A stretch of 64,000 bases of DNA from Ilumatobacteraceae bacterium (GTDB lineage: Bacteria; Actinomycetota; Acidimicrobiia; Acidimicrobiales; Ilumatobacteraceae), in NCBI GenBank assembly GCA_963715285.1, contig CAVQRU010000008.1, forward strand, positions 13,653 to 77,652. Direction: 5' to 3'. A program made the translations under genes and the position numbers. Positions 51,253 to 60,918 of the stretch are shown here, in pieces; within the stretch, counting starts at the first letter, position 1; every line of letters begins with the position of its first letter. Under the pieces are notes generated by a model. The model made no database searches and was not told where the DNA came from. It saw only the letters and a program-made list of their open reading frames with translations.

Positions 51253-52310
51253 GCCTCGACGCCCGCATCGCTGTGCGCCGCGGCGACTTCGACCTCGACG
51301 TCGACCTCTCCACCGATGCCGGAGAGGTGCTCGCCGTGCTCGGACCGAACGGCTCGGGCAAGTCGACGCTGCTGAGTGCGCTGTCCGGGCTGCTCGCGAT
51401 CGACTCCGGACGCATCTGTGTCGACGGCGCCGTCCTCGACGATCCCGCCGCCGACGTGTTCGTCCCGCCCGAGCGCCGCCCGATCGGTGTCGTCTTCCAG
51501 GACCACGTGCTCTTCGCCCACTTGAGCGCCCGCGAGAACGTCGCGTTCGGTCTGCGTGCCCGCGGTGTCGGCAAGGCGCAGGCCCGGTCGGTCGCGACGT
51601 CGTGGCTCGAGCGCGTGGGCCTCGAACGGTTCGCCGACGTTCGGCCCGACCGACTGTCCGGCGGGCAGGCCCAACGTGTGGCACTCGCTCGTGCGCTCGC
51701 AACCGATCCGGCGCTGCTGCTGCTCGACGAACCGCTCGCCGCGCTCGACGTCAGCACCCGCCAGGAGGTGCGCCGCAGTCTCCGCGAGCACCTCGCCACC
51801 TTTCCGGGGATGCGCCTCCTCGTGACCCACGACCCGGTCGACGCGTACGCGCTCGCCGATCGCGTCGCGATCCTCGAGCACGGACGCATCGCCCAGATCG
51901 GGACGATCGCCGAGGTGACGGCGCACCCCCGCTCGCGGTACGTCGCCGAGCTCGTGGGCACCAACCTGGTGCGCGGCGTCGTGGCCGATGGAGTGTTGGT
52001 GACCGACACCGGTGCCCGGATCGCCGTTGCCGCGGACCCCGGCCCCGTGTTCGCCGTGATCCGCCCGCAGGCGATCACATTGTCGCTGTCGGCCGATCCG
52101 TCGAGCAGCGCCCGCAACACATGGCTCGGCGTGGTCGGCGACGTGGAGCGCCTCGGCGATCGCGCCCGCGTCGGCGTCGTCGACCATCGCGGCGGCATCG
52201 ACGTCGTCGCCGAGATCACCACGGCCTCGCTCGACGACCTGGCGCTCCGGCCCGGCGACCCCGTCCACGCGTCGCTCAAGGCGACCGACATCACCACCTA
52301 TCCGGTGTGA
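51249..52310 (+). CDS. modC: molybdate ABC transporter ATP-binding protein ModC (with C-terminal TOBE/Mop-like domain)
   Basis: The ATG overlaps the modB stop. GPNGSGKST, LSGGQAQRVALARAL, LLLLDEPLAALD and an OB-like C-terminus. Confidence 0.9.
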   Translation: MSLDARIAVRRGDFDLDVDLSTDAGEVLAVLGPNGSGKSTLLSALSGLLAIDSGRICVDGAVLDDPAADVFVPPERRPIGVVFQDHVLFAHLSARENVAFGLRARGVGKAQARSVATSWLERVGLERFADVRPDRLSGGQAQRVALARALATDPALLLLDEPLAALDVSTRQEVRRSLREHLATFPGMRLLVTHDPVDAYALADRVAILEHGRIAQIGTIAEVTAHPRSRYVAELVGTNLVRGVVADGVLVTDTGARIAVAADPGPVFAVIRPQAITLSLSADPSSSARNTWLGVVGDVERLGDRARVGVVDHRGGIDVVAEITTASLDDLALRPGDPVHASLKATDITTYPV

Positions 52311-52321
52311 AGGTACCCGGT

Positions 52322-52879
52322 GTGAACGTCGTGCGACGCGGTGGTGCATCACGGGCGACGCGATCCGACGGCGACCTGCTCCTCGGCGAGTGGGCATGCC
52401 TCGGCCTGCTGTGCGCCGAACCGCGCCATGGGTTCGCTGTCGCTGCGCTGCTGCGGCCCGACGCGGAGATCGGTCGGATCTGGTCACTGTCGCGGCCGCT
52501 CACCTACCGAGCGCTCGACCAGCTGGTCGAGCGCGGCTTCGTCGCGGCGGTCGGGTCCGAGCCGGGAGCCGCCGGCCCGAATCGCACGATCCTGGCCGCC
52601 ACCGGATCGGGCCGTACCCAGCTTCGGCGATGGCTGCAGACCCCGGTCGAGCACCTGCGCGACCTGCGGAGCGAACTCCTGCTCAAGATCGCCCTCGCCG
52701 GCCTGTGTGGCGTCGCGATCGACGACATGTTGATCACCCAGCAGCAGCGTCTCGACGAGCAGTCGCAGGCGCTCGCCGCGTCGGCGTTCGACCCGACCGG
52801 CGCCGTGGTCGACGCCGTTTCACTGTGGCGCTACGAGGCGACCCAGGCCGGCCTGCGGTTCCTCGCCCGGCTCGGGTGA
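52322..52879 (+). CDS. PadR family transcriptional regulator
   Basis: LLGEWACLGLLCAEPRHGFAVAALL...WSLSRPLTYRALDQLVERGFV. GTG 52322 lies 11 nt after the modC stop, and the exact start is uncertain. Confidence 0.75.
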   Translation: MNVVRRGGASRATRSDGDLLLGEWACLGLLCAEPRHGFAVAALLRPDAEIGRIWSLSRPLTYRALDQLVERGFVAAVGSEPGAAGPNRTILAATGSGRTQLRRWLQTPVEHLRDLRSELLLKIALAGLCGVAIDDMLITQQQRLDEQSQALAASAFDPTGAVVDAVSLWRYEATQAGLRFLARLG

Positions 52880-52920
52880 CGGCTCGGGGGTGACGGCTCG
52901 ACGTCGGAGAGGTCTCGCGG

Positions 52921-54288
52921 TCACGCGCGACGGTTCAGCCGGTACGTCGCGAGCGCCGCCGCGATCGCCAGCAGTGCCAGCGTCGAGACCATGCCGACGG
53001 TGGTGACCGCGTGCGGCACCGTGCTGGTGGCACCGGGGTTGCGGTCGGCGATCCCGATCGGACGGTCGCCCAGTTCGGTGAGCGACGTGACCCACATGGT
53101 CGCCGCGACAGTGACACCTCCGGCCGCGAGGCCGAGCCCCCAGCTGCGCACGATCAGCATGCCGACCATTGCGACGATCGCGATCAGCGCCACCTGGCCC
53201 AGGCGCCCGGCGAAGAACGCCGTCGGCAGATCCTGGCTCGGGTCCGTGGAGCGGAAGTTGTCGGCGAAGTCGGCCTGACCGACCGGCACCAACGGCCCGA
53301 AGGCGAGGACCACCCCGGCCACCGCCGTCACCGCTGCCACGAGCGGGTTGAGGGCCGGGCGACCTCCGGTGCCGACGGATCGCAGCGATGCGATGAAGAC
53401 GAGCAGCCCGACCACACCCACACCGACGATCAACCACCAGCCGAGATCTCGCGTGATGCGCAGGACGAAGACCTCCGAGGAGGTGCGCGTGATCGACTCC
53501 GCCACGGCGATGGGGACTTCGGCGAGGCCGATCGACAATCCGGCCCAGCCAGCGAGCGCGAGACCAGCTCCACCTGCGACGCCGGCACCCCAGCGGAGCC
53601 CGAAACAGGCGAGCAGGCTGCCGAGCACCATGACCGCCGCGCCGACGAACACCGCGAGGTCGAGGTTGGTACCCAGGTCCGCCAGTGTCCGTGAGCCGGT
53701 GACGATCCCCGGGGCGGGCCGGGTGGTGCGAATGTCGACGACGTCGGCCACCATCGTCATCAGGGCCGCCGTGATGCCGAAGATCGAGAGGATGAGGATC
53801 GCCCGCAACCTGAACGGCTCCCGTGGTGTCGGATACTCCGCCAGGTCGGCCTCGTCGAAGACGGCGGGTGTCTCGGCCGTGTCGTCGATCGTGGTGATCG
53901 CGACCGGGATCGTGTCGGGCTCCGTCGACGGTGAGACCGGTGGGACCTGCTCGACGACCTCGTCGACCGGTTCGGTGGGCAACGCGTCGATCGGTTGGGT
54001 GGGCAGGTCGGGGTCGATCGTCGTGGGTGGGGTGTCGATGGGTCGGGTGGGCGACGCGTCGATCGGTTGGGTGGGGAGGTCGGGGTCGATGGTCGTCGTT
54101 GGGATGTCGGCGGGTGGGGTGTCGGTGAGTGGGGTGTCGGTGAGTGGGGTGTCGGTGAGTGGGGTGGGCAGGTCGGCGTCGGTGGGCGTGGGCGGCGGGA
54201 GTGGTCCCGGGGGCGCGAGGGGTCGCCCGCACTCGTGACAGAACTTCTGGTGCTCGGTGACGTCGACCCCGCAGTCAGGACATCCCAT
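52921..54288 (-). CDS. zinc-ribbon / Pro-Thr-rich repeat / polytopic membrane protein, function unknown
   Basis: N-terminal CPDCG..x11..CHECG, then (TPLTD)x3 and a duplicated 24-aa TTIDPDLPTQPIDA.. unit, then about 8 hydrophobic spans. Confidence 0.65.
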   Translation of the reverse strand: MGCPDCGVDVTEHQKFCHECGRPLAPPGPLPPPTPTDADLPTPLTDTPLTDTPLTDTPPADIPTTTIDPDLPTQPIDASPTRPIDTPPTTIDPDLPTQPIDALPTEPVDEVVEQVPPVSPSTEPDTIPVAITTIDDTAETPAVFDEADLAEYPTPREPFRLRAILILSIFGITAALMTMVADVVDIRTTRPAPGIVTGSRTLADLGTNLDLAVFVGAAVMVLGSLLACFGLRWGAGVAGGAGLALAGWAGLSIGLAEVPIAVAESITRTSSEVFVLRITRDLGWWLIVGVGVVGLLVFIASLRSVGTGGRPALNPLVAAVTAVAGVVLAFGPLVPVGQADFADNFRSTDPSQDLPTAFFAGRLGQVALIAIVAMVGMLIVRSWGLGLAAGGVTVAATMWVTSLTELGDRPIGIADRNPGATSTVPHAVTTVGMVSTLALLAIAAALATYRLNRRA

Positions 54289-54371
54289 TCCGACGACTGT
54301 ACGGGGTCACGACGCCATTGGTCCGAGCGCGGCGCTGCCGCAGCGGTCGGACCGGGCGCGAGACTGTGCTG

Positions 54372-55286
54372 ATGGCGGGACGATTTGCCCCATCGCCCAC
54401 CGGCGATCTCCACCTCGGCAACCTGCGAACCGCGGCGTTGGCGTGGCTGTCGGCTCGATCGCAGGGCCTGGAATTCATCGTGCGGATGGAGGACCTCGAC
54501 CGTCACCAGTCCAGCCGCGACCACGAGTCCGGACAGCTCCGAGATCTTGCCGCGATCGGGCTCGACTGGGACGGCCCGGTGGTACGTCAGAGTGAGCGAT
54601 TCGACCTCTACGAGCAGGCGATCACCGAACTCTCCGGCCTCGGCCTCGTGTACGAGTGCTACTGCAGCCGGCGTGAGATCCGCGAGGAGATCGCCGCTTC
54701 GAGCCAGGCGCCCCACGGCCCGCCCGGGTCCTACCCGGGGACGTGTCGCGACCTGTCCGCTCAGCAGCGGGCGCGCCGTCGGGCCGAGGGCCGACCGCCG
54801 GCGTTGCGGCTTCGATCTGACGGGCGGACGATCGAGTTCGTCGACCGCGTCGTCGGCCCCGTTCGGGGTCTGGTCGACGACGTCGTCCTGCGACGCAACG
54901 ACGGCGTGCCGGCCTACAACCTGGCGGTCGTGGTCGACGACGCCGACCAAGCGGTGACCGAGGTGGTGCGAGGTGACGACCTCGTCTGGTCGACCCCCCG
55001 TCAGATCTGGCTCCAGGAACTGCTGGGCCTGCCCCGGCCCCGGTACGCCCACGTGCCGCTCGTCGTCGATCGGGACGGCGAGCGGTTGGCCAAACGTGCC
55101 GGGATGGCGGTGACGTTGCAGGATCTCGACGCGAGCGGTGTGAACGTCACCGAGACGATCCGCTGGATCAGCGGGAGCCTCGGCGACGAAACGACCACGC
55201 TGCGTGACCTCGCGTCACGCTTCGACATCGCCACCATCGCTCCCGACCCGAGTCCGGCACCGCCATGGGCCGCTCGCGTGCTCTGA
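54372..55286 (+). CDS. gluQ: glutamyl-Q tRNA(Asp) synthetase (GluQ-RS, truncated GluRS paralogue)
   Basis: RFAPSPTGDLHLGNLRTA, FIVRMEDLD, the Cys cluster YECYCSRREI..YPGTCR, and VVRGDDL. 304 aa with no anticodon-binding domain. Confidence 0.9.
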   Translation: MAGRFAPSPTGDLHLGNLRTAALAWLSARSQGLEFIVRMEDLDRHQSSRDHESGQLRDLAAIGLDWDGPVVRQSERFDLYEQAITELSGLGLVYECYCSRREIREEIAASSQAPHGPPGSYPGTCRDLSAQQRARRRAEGRPPALRLRSDGRTIEFVDRVVGPVRGLVDDVVLRRNDGVPAYNLAVVVDDADQAVTEVVRGDDLVWSTPRQIWLQELLGLPRPRYAHVPLVVDRDGERLAKRAGMAVTLQDLDASGVNVTETIRWISGSLGDETTTLRDLASRFDIATIAPDPSPAPPWAARVL

Positions 55287-55339
55287 ACATCGAGCTGGTG
55301 CCGACACGGTCGCGGACGGGGCCGTTAGGCTCACCGACC

Positions 55340-56299
55340 GTGGTGGAGAAGGAACGTCGTCGCGGGGTGATCGGCACCGTCGTGGTGTTCGGCGCGGTCG
55401 TGCTCGTGGGATGCGCCACGGCGGTCACCAGCGGATCGGGCGGCGAGGGAGCGAGCGCGTCGCCGCAGGGTGCGATCTCGGCACTCGACGAGGTCACCAC
55501 CACGTCGGATCCCGCATCCACGGCCACACCGCCCACCACCCAGGCCCCGCCCACCACCGAAGCCCCCACCACGACCGAGGCCCCCACCACCACGGCTCCG
55601 CCCACGACCCAGGCCCCGACCACGACGGTCGCCCCGGTGATCGAGATGGTCGATGCGATCGACCCGCCGCTCCAGGCGGTCGGTACCAGCAACGGCAACG
55701 AAACGGCCCGCATCCAGTTGCGTCTGTTCCAACTCGGGTTCTGGTTGTCGGCGGCCGACGGCCAGTACGGGCTCACGACGAGACAGGCCGTCATGGCCTT
55801 CGAGAAGTACATGGGCCTCGAGGCCGACGGCAAGGTCGACCAGGCGACCGCCGAGGCACTCACCGCGATCACGCAGCGCCCGACTGCACGGGCGAACTCC
55901 GGCACGCTCGTCGAGGTCGACAAGGGCAAGCAGGTGCTGTTCTTCGTGATCGACGGACGCACCGAGTGGATCCTCAACACCTCCACCGGCAACGGCGAGG
56001 CGTACACCGAGCAGGACAAGAACACTCCCGGCGAGATGATCAGCGGTGTGTCGCTCACCCCGAGCGGACTGCACAGGGTCAACCGTGAGCGTCCCGACGG
56101 CTGGTGGGAAGGGGATCTCGGCGAGATCTACCGGCCGAAGTACTTCGTCGGCGGTGTGGCCGTCCACGGATCGAACAGCATCCCCGCCTACCCGGCCTCG
56201 CACGGCTGCGTCCGGGTGAGCGTGCCGGCGATGGACTGGATCTGGAACAGCGGCATCATGCCGATGACGACCCCGGTCTGGGTCCACGACGGGGTCTGA
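55340..56299 (+). CDS. L,D-transpeptidase (YkuD) with peptidoglycan-binding domain and Thr/Pro linker
   Basis: The signal/TM ends in a lipobox-like VLVGC. PG_binding_1 (IQLRLFQLGFW..DGQYGLTTRQAVMAFEKYMGL). Catalytic HGSNSIPAYPASHGCVRV. The start is uncertain (GTG 55340 to 55367; the ORF opens at 55265). Confidence 0.85.
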   Translation: MVEKERRRGVIGTVVVFGAVVLVGCATAVTSGSGGEGASASPQGAISALDEVTTTSDPASTATPPTTQAPPTTEAPTTTEAPTTTAPPTTQAPTTTVAPVIEMVDAIDPPLQAVGTSNGNETARIQLRLFQLGFWLSAADGQYGLTTRQAVMAFEKYMGLEADGKVDQATAEALTAITQRPTARANSGTLVEVDKGKQVLFFVIDGRTEWILNTSTGNGEAYTEQDKNTPGEMISGVSLTPSGLHRVNRERPDGWWEGDLGEIYRPKYFVGGVAVHGSNSIPAYPASHGCVRVSVPAMDWIWNSGIMPMTTPVWVHDGV

Positions 56300-56391
56300 C
56301 CGGCGGCGTCCGGCATCGAACACCGCCCCGGCTGATCGGCCGACCTCCCGCTGATTGACGCCGACGATTCGCCGTCTGGGAGACTCCCGCC

Positions 56392-59310
56392 ATGCTGCCG
56401 TCGATCGGAGACACCCGGCCATGGGCCGATCCCCACGTCGTCTCGTTGGGCCGCCTCGACATGCGTCCGCCGACGACGACGGCGGCGTCGGTCGACGACC
56501 TCCGTGCCGGTGCTCCGTCGCGCTGGCGGCGGTCGCTGAACGGGCGATGGGACTTCCGCAGGTTCGACTCACCCGACGACGTTCCGGCCGCCGCCGTCGT
56601 GCGTCCGGTGTCCGGGCGATGGACCAAGATCACCGTCCCCGGCAACTGGACCCTGCAGGACACCGGCGATCTCCCGCAGTACACCAACGTCCGGATGCCG
56701 TTCCCGGGTCCGCCGCCTCGCCTGCCCGACCGCAATCCGACCGGTGTCCACCGTCGCCTGGTGACGATCCCGGCGGGGTGGACCGGACGCCAGATCGTCC
56801 TCCACCTCGGGGGAGCGGAGAGCGTCCACGCGGTGTACGTCAACGGCACCTTCGTCGGCTACGGCACCGACAGCCGCCTGGCGAGCGAGTACGACATCAC
56901 CGATGTCGTCCGGCCCGGCCCCAACGATCTCGCGATCGTCGTGGTGCGCTGGAGCGCCCACAGCTACGTCGAGGACCAGGACCAGTGGTGGATGGCCGGA
57001 CTCCACCGCGAGGTGTACGTCGAAGCCCGTGCCGAGGTGCACGTCGGTGCCCTCGTGTGCGACGCCGGCCTCGATGGCACCGTCGGCACCCTCGAGGCGC
57101 GCGCCACGCTCGCCGGTCTACGTCCACCCGAGTCCGGCTGGCAGGTCCGCTTCGCACTCCAGACGATCGGAGGGCGTCGGATCGGCCGTGCGGTCACCGC
57201 TCCTCTCCGATCCCGATTCGACCAGCCCTACGTGTTCACCGGGCACACCGCCACCGCGCACTTCCGAGTCGACGACGTCGAACCGTGGTCGGCCGAATCG
57301 CCGACGCGGTACCGCGTCGTGGCCGAACTGCTCGATCCCGACGGCGACGTCACCGAGGTCCACGAGCAGCTGATCGGGTTCCGGTCGGTCGAGGTACGCG
57401 ACCGGCAGCTCCTCGTGAACGGCGAGCCGGTGTGGATCTTCGGCGTCAATCGCCACGACCACCATCCCACGCGGGGCAAGGCGGTCACGGTCGACGACAT
57501 GCGCGACGACCTGCTCGCCATGCGCCGGCACAACATCACCGCGGTCCGCTGCTCGCACTATCCGAACGATCCCCGGTTCCTCGACCTCTGCGACGAGATC
57601 GGGATGTACGTCGTCGACGAGGCCAACATCGAGAGCCACGCCTACAACACGAGTCTCTGCAACGACCCCCGGTACCGCTCCACGTGGCTGTCGAGAGGTG
57701 CACGGATGATCGAGCGTGATCGCAATCACCCCAGCGTGATCATGTGGTCGCTCGGCAACGAGTCCGGCTACGGGGCGAACCACGACGCGCTCGCCGGATG
57801 GATCCGTCGAAGCGATCCCTCGCGACCGCTGCACTACGAGGGCGCGGTGTTCCACGACGGATGGATCGACGGCGGGCTCACGGCGTCCGACGTCGTCTGC
57901 CCGATGTACCCGACGATCGAGGCGATCGAGATCTACGGTCGTCAGGGTCTCGGCGACCGTCCGCTGATCATGTGCGAGTACAGCCATGCGATGGGCAACT
58001 CGAACGGCTCGCTGGCCGACTACTGGGACGTGATCACGTCGACACCCGGACTCCAGGGTGGCTTCATCTGGGAGTGGAAGGACCACGGTCTGCTCACACG
58101 CCTGCCGAACGGGGCGCGTGGCTTCGCCTACGGGGGTCAGTTCGGCGACGAACCCAACGACGGCAACTTCGTGGCCGACGGGTTGATGTCGGCCGACCTG
58201 CGCCCGCACCCGGCGATGCAGGAAGTGACGTGGGTGCACCGTCCGGTGGTCACGTCGCTCGACGGCGACGCGCTCGTGATCACGAACCGGCGCAGCTTCA
58301 CCGACCTCGCCGATCTGACTGCGACATGGGAGCTGCTCGTCGCCGGTGAGGTCGTCGCGTCCGGCGATCTCGACGCCGTCGCCGCAGACGGTGGTCCGAT
58401 CGGTCCGGCCTCGACGGTCGCGCTCGCGCTCCCGTGTGCCGTGCCCGACTCGCCCGACGCCCACCTCACGGTCCGCTGGTTCCAGCGCCGTGCCACCGCC
58501 TGGGCGCCCGCGTCCCACCTCGTCGCCTGGGACCAACTGCAGCTCACTCCCGCCGCTCTTCCCGGGACGCTCGCACCCGTCGAGGCGCACACCGCGTCGA
58601 CCGTCGCGCTCACCAGCGCCGTCGAGTTGTGCGTGTTCCGGGCGCCGGTGGACAACGACGGGCTGAAGCTGAGGCCGAACCTGGGCGAGGACTTCCAGGC
58701 GGGGACCAAGGCGCTCGGCCGATGGCGGCGAAGCGGGGTGGACCGGGTGGCAGCCGATGAACTCGTCGAACACCACCACGGCATCGACACGCTGGCCGAC
58801 GGTTCGCAGGTCCACACCCACGAGGTGATCGTGCCCACCGAACTCGACGACCTGGCCCGCGTCGGCGTCACCTTCGAGCTCCGACGAGGCTTCGACGCCG
58901 TGCGCTGGTACGGCCGCGGACCGTTGGAGAACTACCCCGACCGGTGCCGTGGTGCGGTGCTCGGGGTCTGGGAGTCGGGCATCGATGCACCGCCGTATCT
59001 CGTCCCGCAGGAGTTCGGGCTGCGCACCGACTGCCGGTGGTTCGAGTTCATCGACTCCTCGACCGACGAGGTCGTCCGGCTCGACGTGCTCGACCCCATC
59101 TCGATGCACGTCTCCGCGACACGGTTCACCGTCCACGACCTGTACGACGCGAGCCACGAGACCGATCTGCGTCCACGCCGTTCACTCGTGGTGCACGCCG
59201 ATGTCGCACACCGCGGTCTCGGCACGGCGAGCTGCGGTCCCGACGTGCTCGACCGGTACCGCATCACACCGGGCACGTATCGCTTCAGCTACCGCCTGTC
59301 GACACGCTGA
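56392..59310 (+). CDS. beta-galactosidase, glycoside hydrolase family 2 (LacZ-like, 972 aa)
   Basis: Acid/base MWSLGNESGYG and nucleophile MCEYSHAMGNSNG, with N-terminal sugar-binding and C-terminal small-chain regions. Confidence 0.95.
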   Translation: MLPSIGDTRPWADPHVVSLGRLDMRPPTTTAASVDDLRAGAPSRWRRSLNGRWDFRRFDSPDDVPAAAVVRPVSGRWTKITVPGNWTLQDTGDLPQYTNVRMPFPGPPPRLPDRNPTGVHRRLVTIPAGWTGRQIVLHLGGAESVHAVYVNGTFVGYGTDSRLASEYDITDVVRPGPNDLAIVVVRWSAHSYVEDQDQWWMAGLHREVYVEARAEVHVGALVCDAGLDGTVGTLEARATLAGLRPPESGWQVRFALQTIGGRRIGRAVTAPLRSRFDQPYVFTGHTATAHFRVDDVEPWSAESPTRYRVVAELLDPDGDVTEVHEQLIGFRSVEVRDRQLLVNGEPVWIFGVNRHDHHPTRGKAVTVDDMRDDLLAMRRHNITAVRCSHYPNDPRFLDLCDEIGMYVVDEANIESHAYNTSLCNDPRYRSTWLSRGARMIERDRNHPSVIMWSLGNESGYGANHDALAGWIRRSDPSRPLHYEGAVFHDGWIDGGLTASDVVCPMYPTIEAIEIYGRQGLGDRPLIMCEYSHAMGNSNGSLADYWDVITSTPGLQGGFIWEWKDHGLLTRLPNGARGFAYGGQFGDEPNDGNFVADGLMSADLRPHPAMQEVTWVHRPVVTSLDGDALVITNRRSFTDLADLTATWELLVAGEVVASGDLDAVAADGGPIGPASTVALALPCAVPDSPDAHLTVRWFQRRATAWAPASHLVAWDQLQLTPAALPGTLAPVEAHTASTVALTSAVELCVFRAPVDNDGLKLRPNLGEDFQAGTKALGRWRRSGVDRVAADELVEHHHGIDTLADGSQVHTHEVIVPTELDDLARVGVTFELRRGFDAVRWYGRGPLENYPDRCRGAVLGVWESGIDAPPYLVPQEFGLRTDCRWFEFIDSSTDEVVRLDVLDPISMHVSATRFTVHDLYDASHETDLRPRRSLVVHADVAHRGLGTASCGPDVLDRYRITPGTYRFSYRLSTR

Positions 59311-59848
59311 GCGACACGGGTGGCAAGAGCCCTCCCGGGGCGCTGTCCTGGTCGGTGAAGTTGTCGATGCGATCACCGATCCACTCGAACAGGCTCGCCT
59401 GGGCGACCACCTGGAACACGAAGTAGGCCACGAGGAGTGCGATCGCCACGAACGCAGCGAACTTGATCCAACGGACGATGCGGCTCGAGTACTGCGAGAT
59501 CAGTGGTTCGATCTCGGCGCGCATCGAGCGGGCCTGGCGAGCGAACACGTCGGCAGCTCGGTCGATCTCCTCACGGGTGGCGCGCCGGACCTGGTCGATG
59601 ACCTGCTGCGACTCGGGGCGCCCCGCCCGGCTCGCAGCAGCCGTCGCGGCAGTGAAGGCGTCCTCGGCGGGTGGGACGTACCGGTGCGAGGCCTCGAAGG
59701 CGGCCTGACTCTCGTACGAGAGCAACTCGGCCTGGCTGGGTGGGGCACGCCGGGCGTCGGTCCAGTCGAGGCCGTCCCACCACCGCAACTCCGTTCGGCT
59801 CTCCGGATCCGGGTACCAACCCGCTCGGGGGGCATCGATGCGACGCAC
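59285..59848 (-). CDS. DUF2510-domain membrane-anchored protein
   Basis: GWYPDPESRTELRWWDGLDWT, a helical middle region and a C-terminal TM FAAFVAIALLVAYFVF. GTG start 2 nt after the SPFH stop. Confidence 0.65.
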   Translation of the reverse strand: MRRIDAPRAGWYPDPESRTELRWWDGLDWTDARRAPPSQAELLSYESQAAFEASHRYVPPAEDAFTAATAAASRAGRPESQQVIDQVRRATREEIDRAADVFARQARSMRAEIEPLISQYSSRIVRWIKFAAFVAIALLVAYFVFQVVAQASLFEWIGDRIDNFTDQDSAPGGLLPPVSLSVSTGGS

Positions 59849-59850
59849 GA

Positions 59851-60891
59851 TCAGCGTGTCCGGAACTCGGATCGATCCGGCTCGGGCAGATCGACGCGGT
59901 CGTCATCGTCGGGGATCGGCAGCCCGGCCTTGGGGCGCACCTCGTCGTCGGTGTCGTCGTCGCCGGTCGCCGACGCGAGCGCGGCCACGGTGCCGAGCAG
60001 CCCGGAGAACTCCGCCGGGATGACGAGCTTGGTCGCCCGCCCGTCGCCGATCCGTTCGAGCGCCTGCAGGTACTCGACGGTCAGCACGGCCTTGTCCGCT
60101 TGGGCGTCCTTGATGCCCGTGAGGCGTGCCTTGGCGGCGTTGCCCTCGCCGGCGCCGACCAGCTCGAGGCGGAGCTTCTCCGCGTTGGCGCGCAGTTCGA
60201 TGGCCTGGGCCTGGCCCTCGGCGTCGAGCACCGCTGCCTGCTTGCGCCCCTGGGCAGAGAGCACGGCCGCCTGCTGTTCGCCGTCGGCGCGGGCGATCGC
60301 CGCCTCCTGGTAGCCCTTCGCCTCGGTGACCGTGGCGCGCCGGTCGCGTTCCGCGCGCATCTGCGCGTGCATCGCCGACACGATGTCCGGCGGCGGGTCG
60401 ATGCGCTGGATCTCGACGCGCACCACCCGTACACCCCACTTGTCGGTGGCGTCGTCGAGCACGTCACGCAGTTGCGTGTTGATCGTGTCGCGCGAGGTGA
60501 GCGCCCGGTCGAGTTCGAGATCGCCGATCAGGTTGCGGAGGTTCGTCTGGGCGAGCTTGGTGATCGCGGTGAAGAAGTCGGCGACGTTGTACACGAGGCG
60601 CTGGGGATCGGTGGCCTCGTAGTACACGACGGCATCCACCGAGACCACGACGTTGTCGGCCGTGATCACTTCCTGGGGCGGCACGTCGACGACCTGCTCA
60701 CGCATGTCGATCAGCTGCATCGTCTCGATGAACGGCAGGATCAGGTTGAGTCCCGGATCGCGTGTGGTCTTGTACTTGCCCAGGCGTTCGACGAGGCCCC
60801 GCTGGTACGGCCGCACGATCTTGACCGAGGCCGCCAACACCAGGATGCCGATGAGAGCGATGACGATCAGGACGATGGCGATGGGGTTCAT
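59851..60891 (-). CDS. SPFH/Band-7 (stomatin-like) protein
   Basis: N-terminal TM. VRPYQRGLVERLGKY, VVSVDAVVYY, LRNLIGDLELD, KWGVRVVRVEIQ and an Ala/Gln/Glu-rich coiled coil. Confidence 0.9.
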   Translation of the reverse strand: MNPIAIVLIVIALIGILVLAASVKIVRPYQRGLVERLGKYKTTRDPGLNLILPFIETMQLIDMREQVVDVPPQEVITADNVVVSVDAVVYYEATDPQRLVYNVADFFTAITKLAQTNLRNLIGDLELDRALTSRDTINTQLRDVLDDATDKWGVRVVRVEIQRIDPPPDIVSAMHAQMRAERDRRATVTEAKGYQEAAIARADGEQQAAVLSAQGRKQAAVLDAEGQAQAIELRANAEKLRLELVGAGEGNAAKARLTGIKDAQADKAVLTVEYLQALERIGDGRATKLVIPAEFSGLLGTVAALASATGDDDTDDEVRPKAGLPIPDDDDRVDLPEPDRSEFRTR

Positions 60892-60918
60892 GGGACCTCC
60901 GGGTCGGGTGGTGGCGTG

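Noticed and set aside
59285-59310. 26-bp overlap of convergent CDS ends (beta-galactosidase and the DUF2510 gene) as a sign of mis-annotation.
   Set aside because: Both ORFs have family motifs up to their ends. Short convergent overlaps are common in compact high-GC genomes, and nothing further can be concluded.
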